From Octopus sinensis (lineage: Eukaryota): DNA of 64,000 nt. The stretch covers positions 46,376,001 through 46,440,000 of the forward strand of contig NC_043002.1 in NCBI RefSeq assembly GCF_006345805.1, read 5' to 3'. This document shows positions 53,235 to 64,000 of the stretch, piece after piece (position 1 is the first letter of the stretch; each line of letters begins with the position of its first letter). A model generated the notes under the pieces. It was not told the origin of the DNA. It ran no database searches and saw only the letters and a program-made list of their open reading frames with translations. A program made the position numbers and the translations under genes.

Positions 53235-56062
53235 TTAAGAAGCATTTTTATTGTGCCATGTGTTATCTTAATGTGTTGATAGTGACCCATCTTTGTCAAG
53301 CACCTCAAATTAAAAATTTTTTTGATAAAATAATCTTGTTATTGGAGTGTCACATTTGACATGTATTTTAGTTTCAAGTAAATGCTTATAAATAAGCAGC
53401 CCCATGGTGAGTTGTAAATTTCCAAGCAAGCTTCTTACCACACAGCCATGCCTGTAAAATGTTTGAAAGATCAATTGAGGATGTCTGCCATTTAAGTGTT
53501 AGTATCACCCCCACTATCATGGTTATACCCACCAGCTGACATAGTTTATGAATGTATGGCACTTAGATATTCACATGAAAGATTAGGGAGATGGATAAGG
53601 ACCACTGATGCCCATCTACCTGAGAATTAAAGAGCAGCATTTCAGGAATTTAAACTCATTATGACAAAATTAATTAATTATGCAAAACAGTGGAAAACAA
53701 CATCAGCAACATATAGCATTAACAACAGTATAACAAGAACAAGTTTGTTTTGATGCTGTGATCTCACAATTGTCTTATATGTTCAATTTGGTACTATGAC
53801 TTTGCCAGTACGCAACACTAAACAAAAATAATGAAGAGATGAAAATAGATGATGAGAAATTCACAAAAAAAAAAAAAAGAAAAAATTACAAATTGGTTTT
53901 AGAAGCAGAGCAACTTGGACAAACAAAACTAGAAATTTTCATTTCTATTTTTAATACTGTCTCTCTTCCTATTTCTTTTTTCCACAAATTTGGTTATTTA
54001 CATATTTATGTAAGGTTGTTCTTTCAGAAATGGCTTTCTTACTGCTTGTACACTCAACCAAAAGTACAACAGTATGAGTGGAACTTGTCAGACAGGCAGA
54101 CTGCCATCATCACCACCACCACCACCACCCTCCTTCTCCTCTTCCTCTTTTTATGCATGCATAGACCAAGCAAAATACTTGGAGCAGTGTTTCCTACAGC
54201 TGGATGCCCTCCTTGATTCCAGTCTAATGATACTAAAAATAAGAATTAAATGATGAAGAAAGGAATATCAATATTCCAGAGATATATGTATAAATTATCT
54301 TAACTTGTTTTGCAAGTAGCTTAATTTCTTTAAAATTCATCATTTCCAAATTTATACTCAACTAATTTAATTATTCTAAAATTCTTAATTTCTAAAATTA
54401 CTCTGTCAATGAATAAGCAAATTGAAACCTAATATTTTGTTTTATAAATTTGTCATGTAAGCAAAATCAATGATCAAAAATATTTTCCTTATTTTAAACA
54501 GCAGCAATTTCAAAATTCTATGTAAACTGTGATTTCATTCCATTTAATTACATTTACTTTTTAATTATCTAATTGGAATGTTCTTTCGTTTCTTATTCAT
54601 TAATAATTTTTAAAGTGTCAGTGCATGTTACGAGATAACTTTCCAGCAAAACCAATTCACTTTCTGATACTGATCTCATCTGAAGCAATTTTATTTCATT
54701 GATTTTTATGAAAATCTTAGGAAGGGCATGAGGCTCACAACATCTCATTTACTATTTTTAGTCAATGAAAATCAGTAACTGATCACATAAAGTAAGGCTG
54801 CAGAACATTTAATTTTAGTGTTGTTATATTTAATGCATGTTACCTTTATTTTATACTTGAGGAAATTTTGTTGAACAAATTGACCAGTACTTATGTTTTT
54901 TAAAGCCTAGTACTTATTCTGTCATTCCCTTTTGCTAAACCACTAAGTTATAGGGGTGTAAAAAAACTAACACTGGTTATCAAGTGATAGTGGGGTGACA
55001 AACACAGTCACACACATACACACACGTATGTATGCATGTATATTATAATAAAGTTCAGATTTAAAATTTAAAATTTAACATTCAAACTATATTTTGGGTA
55101 TGTCTCTAATAGTGTACTCACAGAGCACATTCATCTGACATCATCCACAGTAAATGCATAGCATACTCTGTCTTTCATATCAATTATTTAGAATACACAC
55201 ACACACACACAACAGTCTTCTTTCAGTTTCCATCTACCAAATTCACTCACAAGGCATTGGACAGCTCAAGGCTATAATAGAAGGCACTTGCCCAAGGTGC
55301 CACACAGTAGGACTGAACCCAGAACCATATGGCTGGGAAGCAAACTTCTTACCACACATCCATGCTTGTTGATATATTTAATGTATGGAGCATTCAAATG
55401 TTAAACAAGCAAAAAAAGAAAAAAAGACTTCACTGATGGTGTTAGATAGGAATGAAACATGTTCAGAGTTTTCTTTTATACTTTCAAAACAATTCAAATA
55501 TTACTAGTTATTGACTAATCTTGCTTTTACATCACTGCTTATTTATTTTAAATTAGCATTTGAAGGCTGACTAGTAAAATATTACTATTCAAAGACAAGT
55601 AGGTAATATTATATCTTTTTATTATGAAAAAAAACTCTGAACATATTTCAGTCCTATTCTGATCCCTTCAGCAAAGCTTATAACTCTCTTTGTCCATTTT
55701 TCATGGCTTAGTTGGAAGAAGATGAGCAGTGTGTATGACTTTTATTAACTGAAATAGTGATGAATAAATCACTATATAAATATACAAGATTGTACATTTG
55801 TCAGTGTAGGGAAATTCAAAGAAATTGCTTTAAAATTGAATAAATCAAAGACTGCACCTACGTGAAAAATAGCAATTTTCAGGTAACATGTTGTGGACTG
55901 AAAATTATAAAAAACACACATTCCCTGAAATATCATGTTATAAAAATCTTACTAAATTTGAGAGGGTATTTTTAAGGTTTAGCAAATATCATTCTAAAAA
56001 AAATTGTGTTTTGCAGTAATATCAAATGATGCGACACTATATATTATAATATGCAAATTTAA

Positions 56063-56282
56063 CCCTTTAGTGTTTAAACCGGCCATATCTGGCCAGAATA
56101 TTATCCTTGTTTTATGTTCAAACTTATGAGATTCAGCCTCTCACACCTACCCTACAATGTCATTCTAGAGATAAATAATCACATCATCAAAATCTTGAAG
56201 CTATGAGACAAGGCACAATAAATTCAAAACAATGTGAATAAATAAGTATTACATTTGATAAAGTAATCTAAACACTAAAGGG
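56063..56282 (+). mobile_element. piggyBac-type MITE
   Basis: TTAA|ccctttagtgttta ... taaacactaaaggg|TTAA. Confidence 0.93.
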
Positions 56283-56609
56283 TTAAAGTTGCTTGGAAAT
56301 TAACTTACCATGAAGCTGCTTATCTATAAGTATTTACTTGAAACTAAAAAACATGTCAAACTTGACACTCCAATAACAGGATTATTTTATTAGAAAATTT
56401 TTAATTTGAGGTACTTGACAAAGATGGGTCACTATCAACACCTCAGGATAACATGTGGCACAATAAAAATGTTTCTTAAGTCTAAGAATATGATAGCACT
56501 AAAACTTGGGACCACTAGATTTAAAATTTTGACCTATTATTAAGCATCAGACTTACAGAATTAAAGAATTATAACAACAAACTCATATCAATATCAGAGA
56601 ACATTAAGG

Positions 56610-57020
56610 AGATGAGTTGGAAGAATCATTACCATGCTGGAAAAATGCTTAGCATTTCTTCCGACTTTTACATTTTGAGTGAAATGCCACTAGGGTCAAC
56701 TTTGCCTTTCATTTTTTTCTGGATTGATATACCAGTTGACCACTGAGGTCAATGTAATTGACTTACCCACTTCCCCGAAGTTGCTGGCCTTGTGCCAAAA
56801 TTTGAAACCAATATCGGAGATATTAATGATAGAGGATTGGCTGAATCATTAGCATACCAGATAAAATACTTAGCAACATTTCTTCCAGCTTTATATTCTG
56901 AATTCAAATTCTGCCAAGGTTTCGTTTGCCTTTCATCTTTTTTAGGCTGATAGAATAAGTATCAGTTGAGTACTGGGGGTGATATAATTGACTAACCTCT
57001 TTCCCCAAAATTTCAGGCCT
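56610..57020 (+). mobile_element. Two tandem SINE family B copies (decayed)
   Basis: gaatcattagc...aaatgcttagc...tttgcctttcat...accagttgag; further copies near 50620-50760, 52790-52890, 59575-59785, 60610-61060. Confidence 0.8.
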
Positions 57021-58629
57021 TAGAAAGGAATGTTAGAGAACATTATCCCAGTTTAATATCTAATAATATAAATATTTTCTTATTTGTGATTTCAAAGTTG
57101 AGTTTAGTAATATGTTTGATGTTTATAAAGTAATTCTTAATACCATACAATTATTGTAAGGTAAGCTGCTGAATTAATGATCACATACTGTTAGAAACCA
57201 TGGCAAAGCAGACACTGGAGTTTGGTGCAGTCCTCTTGCTCACCAGCATTTGATGACCCATCCAACTCATGCTAGCCTTGCAAACAGAAGCTAAATGACG
57301 ATGTTTTTAAATGAATTTAAATATTACTATGCTACCATTGTGCTATTTTCCTGGATAAGGCTCATAGCCACTTGAATCACTATTCCTGACAGTCAGGTTC
57401 CTCTCCTATGTTATGTTTAGCATTTGGAAGAGTATTTTTAAAAGAATTACTCCAGCAATATGCAAATATCCAAATTCACAAAACCTAGCCCAACCACATA
57501 ACCATATCAGAATAGATTAAAAACAAAAAAAACAGAAAATGTATGTCACTATATTATAAATAGAATTTATTAAAATGTTACTGAGAAACTAATTAAATAT
57601 TATGCTGAAGTAGTATAGGTAGTATATATACTAATATTTATTAAGTAATTGCGCTTATGATGAAAATATGATGATGAAAAAGTATAATTTTTATAATGTT
57701 GATGAAGAAAATGTTTTCTTCAAAACCTTCATATTTAGTTTCGTGGTTTTCAGTATTTCAGAGATATTTGTGCTCCTAATTATGACACCAGTCTTTTGCA
57801 AAATGCATATTCCCTTCACCTGAGTCAAAGCATCTAGAATTAAGCACATTGTGCAAAAACACAACAGAATGCAGTAGATCTGAACTTAGGAACCCCCAAA
57901 CTAGTAGTTCATTCTTTTGTTATTCAGCTGCTATTTTGCCTCTAATGAGGTGACATAATAAACATTTCCATCACCAAATTCAAAAATCTATGTGGAAAGA
58001 TGCAAAAATCAACATTCATTTCAGTTTAAAAACAACAAATTTCTTAGTGAAAATGAAAGGATTTAAATTAATTAATTTTTGCCTGAAATAGACCCAGGTT
58101 TAAATATGGAAGACAGAATGTTTCACATCTTGAAACCAAACATCTTTACTCAGTGTTGGTGAGGAAAGGAGTGAAAAATTTCAAGCCAACATCTAAAACA
58201 AGTCAAATAAAAAGGAATACTAGTATTGATTCCGTTGCAGATCAAAAGCAAGTTTATTTACTTCAATTTTTATTTTTATTAATGGTTGGGTAAAGAGACC
58301 TGGTAAGACAATAATATAATAGGTTGCTTGTTAATGGGTTGACGATTCATATCTCTTTACTAAAACTACACTGTCCATGGGCAAAACACTTAACTATCAC
58401 TGACTCCATATCTGGCTGAACTACAGCTTGGTTGAGCACGAAAAATTCTTTACATTTGAACAGCATTATTGATTTCAAGCAATTATAGTATCTGGCATTT
58501 GTTGCAACTCCTTTCAGTTATTCTGTTATCAGTAATTTTTTTGTGCTGCAAATTGATAATTTGGGTGTTATCAAGTTAACGAGTGCTTTGCTAGTTTGCA
58601 ATGCTAAGTAGGTTCCAGTCTTCCTTTAA

Positions 58630-58800
58630 CCCTTTAGCATTTAAACCAATCATATCTGGCCCAAATGTTCTACCTGATCTGGCCTCTCACACCTATTCTA
58701 CAATCTCATTCTAAAAATAAACAGTTGCATCATCAACATCTCTAAGCTACAAGACAGTGCATAATTAATTCAAAATAATGTGAATAAATAAGCATTACAC
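58630..58800 (+). mobile_element. piggyBac-type MITE, truncated
   Basis: TTAA|ccctttagc; same family as 56063. Confidence 0.75.
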
Positions 58801-59970
58801 TGTTTTATTCATAAAAGTGTCGAAAATTGGTGGGATCGATGATGATGATGATGATGATGATGATGAATGCCCTGATGCAGTACCAGGCAGTGGTTCTCGT
58901 GGCTTCTGATCTTAACTGATTGTAAGTGTTATCATGTACATTATTTTATCTTGGTATAAAAATGGTCTACAGCAAATATTCTGCTCAATACCACAGATTT
59001 GCTTGTCAGTTGTTTGACCATAACCAGTTGACCATGTCCCTTAAGTCCGTCCTGCAAAACGTTAAGGGAATTCAGAAACATTATGAGCATGGTTGCCAGA
59101 TTAATTTCATTGATGTAATCAACTTAATATCCCACCAGAAAAAAATAAAATTGCAGGTCTTGTGCCAAAATTTGAAACCATTCTTGTTGTTCTTCTTCTT
59201 ATTATTAGTATTAACCTATATACTCTTGAAACAACTGAAGTCCAAAGTAGGTCTTGAATACTATTAAATAAACTTTCCAGGAGTTTAACTAAATATTTCA
59301 GACTTAATATGAAATGTTCTGTTTATATTCTATATCTGATATTTTATTTTTATCTTATTTACACTATATCTGATCCTTTGGAAACCTCCTTGGCTATTCT
59401 ATCCTTTCCTTTGTAATACTTTCTAGGTGATGAAAAGTTAATCCCACTGACATATTAACAGAACCCATTAGCTTATTTTCTGAAAATCTGGTATGGTTTA
59501 GCTGAATTAATGACACCTCAATTCACCTTTACTTCTCTAGTACTAAATACTTCTAATATATGTAATCATCATTAAGGTGGTGAACTGGCAGAATTATTAG
59601 CAAGCTGGGAAAAATGCTCAGTGCCATTCTGTCCGTTTTCATGTTTTGAGCTCAAATTCTCCCAAATTCAACTTTGCTTTTTATCCTTTCGAGGTCAATA
59701 CAATAAGTACCAGTAATGGAGTTGATGTAATCAACTTACCCCTTCTCCCCAAATTGCTGGCCTTGTGCTGAAATTTGAAATCAATAAATGCAATAATCTT
59801 TCCACAGCCACTCTTGGACATAAATATTGAATAACAGTTAATCTTGTTGATGATAAGCTGCATTAAACTGTAACCCCTGGTGAATTAACATGATGTTCCT
59901 CTGTAATATGCAGTTTCTCAGATCCCTAGTAAGGCACAATTGTGACAGTAAATTGAACCATTTAATTTAA

Positions 59971-60176
59971 CCCTTTAGCCATATCTAGCTCAAATATTCT
60001 ACCTGTTTTACATTGAAACTAACTAGATCTAGCCTCTCACTTACCCTATAATGTCATTCTCAGAATAAACAATCACATATTCAAAATCTCAAAACTACAA
60101 GATAATGAATGATTAATTTAAAACAATGTGAAGAAATAAGTATTAAATTTGACAGAGTAATCTGAATTCTAAAGGG
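59971..60176 (+). mobile_element. piggyBac-type MITE
   Basis: TTAA|ccctttag ... ctaaaggg|TTAA. Confidence 0.9.
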
Positions 60177-60249
60177 TTAAAAGTTAGTACATCACTCCAA
60201 ATACTCCTAGTAGGAAAATATATATCTTCAACACATCTTGCTAAGTACC

Positions 60250-60580
60250 ATGCATAAAAGTCTATTCTTGGTCCAGATCATCTTCATTGAAACTATGAAC
60301 TGTCCTTGGAATGTAACTTCACCAATGACACCACTTCAAAATTTAATGGATGCTTGATTGTGAAATTCCTTTTGGTTGGTGGGCTTCAACAATGTCCACA
60401 GTCTTCCAGAACATTTCTTGAGGACATTCTGAACAGTTCCATCTATTTCAAACCTAACCCTAATTTGAGTGATGTTGTGTTGGTGGATCTGTTTGAAACT
60501 CTTTAAACTGTCTTTGCACTTTGTCTTTTCTAATCTTCAGTAGTACTTACTGATAAATTTCCTTTGTTCAAAGCTTCATC
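60250..60580 (-). pseudogene. Tc1/mariner transposase N-terminal (HTH, DUF4817-like) remnant
   Basis: EQRKFISKYY*RLE...ITQIRVRFEIDGTVQNVLKKCSGR...FNEDDLD. Confidence 0.7.
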
Positions 60581-62735
60581 TGGTTCCCTTCATTATGTCC
60601 AATGGATTATGGCAGAGAGAAGGAAGAATCGTTGGTGCTCTGGACAAAATACTTAGTGGTAATTTTCTAGCTCCCTATGTTCTGAGATCAAATATGACTG
60701 AGGTCGTTAATTTTGTCTTTTATCCTTGTGGGGGCCAATAAAATAAAACACCAGTTGAGTAGAAGAGTTAAAATAATTGACATAGCCCTCCCCTAACATT
60801 GGTAGCCTTATGCCAAAATTTGAAACAATTATTTCTAATGAATTAAAGGTGGCGAGTTGGCAGAATCATTTCTGTTGGTCAAAATACTTAGCAGCATTTC
60901 TTCTGGCACTCTATATTCCGAGTTCAGATATCTCCAAGATCAACTTTGCTTTTCATTTATCCAGGTTGATAAAACAAAGCACCGATCAAGTACTGAGGTT
61001 GATATAATCGACTTGTTCCACCCACTAGAACAGCTGGCCTTGTGCTAAAATTTGTAACAGTTATTTCCGATGAATTAATTCTAAAAAGTAATGAAAATTG
61101 ACTTATCAGTTGTAAAAGTGAGTATGCATTTTGTGTGTACGTGTGTGAGTGTGTGTGGAGCATCCTATATTTGATCGTAAGTTGGTTATAATTTACTTAA
61201 TTGATAATTTAATGATATTCAATATAAGTCTCAATTTTAAAAATCTAAGTTTGTAATTAGCAAATAGTCAAAATTTAAATCTGAAAAAAGTTACGTTATC
61301 TCAACAGGGTTTATAACCAATGAGGTACGTCTGTTACGAAGATGTCACTGTTATCGAGTGTAACCAAGTGCACTTTTCATACGTATTGTCAACTTTAAAG
61401 TATACTTTGAGTGTACGAAAAGCTTATAGTTGTAATACGACTGGTATATTTAAGTAGTGTCTTCGTCACCAAATGATTCCGTCGTCCAAGTGAAATAATA
61501 GTTGTCAATAAAAGGCAAGTTCGAAGAACATGAAATAAAATTGTAAAAGATAACATCAATTTTTTCAGTTAAAAATCTCGCTTTATTACGTTTTAAATTC
61601 AAATAACGCCGAGGTCAACATTGACTTTGCACCTTGCTTTTCAGAGTCGATATAATTAAGTAAAAGTCAAGTACTAGGTGCCAATATAATCGTCTAACCA
61701 CCTCACTGCAAAGTTACTATCCTGGTACCCAAATCAGAAGTCATTTTTCTATCTAACCCCTGAGAAGAAGAGTCAATCAAAGGAACCTCTACGTCAGGTA
61801 CGGGCAATCTTTTCTTCGTGATGCGCACTACAAAAATTTAAGATAATTTTTAGTTTAGGTGTACCATTCAGAAAGTCCCACGGACCGCACGTTGCCCATG
61901 ACTATTCTACATGGTCACACGATCTGTTAAAAATAGCAGCCAGATTCCGCATCAACACCGTGCCATCACATCCGACACATAAGGAAGTAGTGGTCACTGG
62001 TCAATAAACATTCTCAAAAAAAAAAAAATGGTATATTTTACGGCAGGGATAATGCCTTTTGTCACATGCCTACTTGATCAAGCCTGCTTTAGGCTATAAC
62101 CACTCCTCACTTTATATTTTAAAATTTATGTAGCTCAAGTAAAAAAAAAAATGGAAAAGAAAGACGAAAATAAACCTAGATGGAAGCAATCGTTATTAAC
62201 AGTGCGGAGTGAATGTTGTGAGTGAAAAATTTACCAGTAATAGGGATAAAGTTGTTCGTTGTCGCGAACTTGTTCTGCAGTTCAGTAGTTGTTTAGTGTG
62301 ATGGAAGGCAGCAAGCAGGCAACAAGATATACAAGGTGAGAGAGTAGAAGAAGCACTGTCATGTCGACTCATGTTAGATAGGAAAGAGATGGAAGATATA
62401 TAAGGAGAAAGCGAGGGGAGCAGTAAAGTGGGAAGAAAATCTTTCATCTATGAAATGGTGTGTAAAATACTAAAAGTGCGAAATGAAATAATGCGATGTT
62501 TACATACACGTACGTACGTACATACGTATGTATGTATGAATATACATGCGTAATATATATAGTGAGAATTTACAAAAAAAAACACAAGACGAAGATGGGT
62601 GTGTAAACAACAGATGTATTAGTTTAACGCTCGGGAAGTAAGAGAGTCTTTTACGTTTCGAGCCTACGCTCTTCGACAAAAAGGAACACAGAAATATACA
62701 AGGAGGGAAAACAAAAAAGGTTTAGTGGCTAGTGA

Positions 62736-62781
<46 letters not shown>

Positions 62782-62929
62782 CATCCATCCATCCATCTAT
62801 CCATCCATCCATCCATCTATATAGATATATACATACAGATATATATATACATGTAAGTGTGTGTGTGTTATACGTACACATGCACAAGTTTATGTACATA
62901 ATATAATAATGTAAATACATCTTATCTTT

Positions 62930-63330
62930 TACATGGTTCGGTCACCGGACTGCAACGACGCTGCCCCCCCCCCCTTGAATGGTTCAGTCGCACAAATCGA
63001 CTCCATTATGTAGTTTTAAGCTTAGTATTTATTCCACCAGAATCTTTTGACGAGCCGCTAAGTTACGGGGATATAAACAAACCAACTCCGGTTGTCAAGC
63101 GGTAGTGGAGCATAAACACAAACGCAAAGACAGACACACACATAGATAAATACATATAGGTACATATACGACGAGTTTTTTTTTTTTCAGTTTCCGCCAT
63201 TAAATCCTTTTACAAAGCTGTGGTCAGCCCAGAGCTATAGGAGAAGACACATGCCCAAAGAGTCATGCAGTGGGACTGAACTCAGAACAGTGCGATTGGA
63301 AAACAAATGTAGTACCACATAGCCACACCC
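62930..63330 (-). mobile_element. SINE family A (decayed); a further 3' half at 63445-63660
   Basis: gccgctaagttacgggg...cagtgggactgaac; tttgtttcagtcattagactgcggccatg. Confidence 0.8.
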
Positions 63331-63381
63331 GCGCGTAGCACACGTCTTACCACACGGCCACATCTAATACTACACACACGC

Positions 63382-63435
<54 letters not shown>

Positions 63436-64000
63436 CCCTTTATCCTTCTACTTGTTTCAGTCATTAGACTGCGGCCATGTTGGGGCACCGACTTGAAGAA
63501 TTTTTAGTAGAATGAATCGACCCCAGTACTGATTTTCTTTTTAATCCTGGTACCTTATTATATCGGTCTTTTTTACCGAACCGCTATGTTACGGAAATGT
63601 AAACACACCAAGACCGGTTGTCAAGTGGTTGTGGAATCAAACGCAAAGACACACACACATATATACATACATGCACCTTTGATTGTGAATCACACACACA
63701 CACACACAGATAAAATACCAGGCTTAAGAAATAAGTAGAGATTTATTTTTGTGTTCGACTAAACTCCTCAAGTCAATGCCCCAGCATGGCTGTGGTCCAA
63801 TGACTGAAACAAGTAATAATAAAAAAAATCAATAAAAATATGTGAGGTAGCCCTCGCTGTTGAAATTGACAAAAAGGAACGTCCTTTGTTTAGGCGCTGA
63901 ATACGCTACTGTCGACCTTCACTGTTTCTGTTCTACGCCAAGTTGGTGTTAAGTCAATTTTCCATCCATTTAGGAGATATATGTTCAAAGAACTGAAGTA

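Noticed and set aside
55665-55735. KAYNSLCPF resembling COX6B; antisense HEKWTKRVISFAEGIRIGLKYVQ
   Set aside because: The match is very short with an in-frame stop; the antisense reading may be a transposase remnant; neither is supportable.
58087-58290. ~67-codon open frame (RPRFKYGRQNVSHLETKHLYSV...)
   Set aside because: ORFs of this length are expected by chance many times in 64 kb; there is no recognised homology and the splice sites are weak.
59420-59483. Well-bounded plus-strand cassette (ttctag|GTGATG...ATCTG|gtatgg)
   Set aside because: It is closed in all three frames as assembled and would need an assumed sequencing error.

Overview
Eukaryotic, AT-rich, repeat-dominated DNA. The SINE families and (TA)n/(CA)n load resemble an Octopus-type cephalopod genome; this is from memory, not a database match. 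I cannot confidently name any host protein-coding gene, and there is no prokaryotic-style system (no CRISPR, operon or rRNA). Main contents: a decayed Ty3/Gypsy (K02A2.6-like) LTR element at ~8-12.3 kb; a 3.3 kb (TA)n array; a near full-length L1/Tx1-clade LINE (28634-33700) with a perfect 17-bp TSD; two further Tx1-type pieces beside it; RTE, CR1-like, Penelope-like and Tc1/mariner fragments; several MITE families; and dozens of tRNA-derived SINEs. The most interesting signal is that the Tx1 LINE, a truncated second Tx1 insertion and a SINE all end in a related non-poly(A) tail (...AAAGAAAT; LINE and SINE share ~45 nt) and all carry 15-17 bp TSDs. This suggests a stringent-type SINE-LINE pair in the L1/Tx1 clade. 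Sharp CpG-depleted domains (~1-13.5 kb, ~40-61.2 kb) hint at methylated host gene bodies whose exons I could not identify. All identities were estimated by eye.
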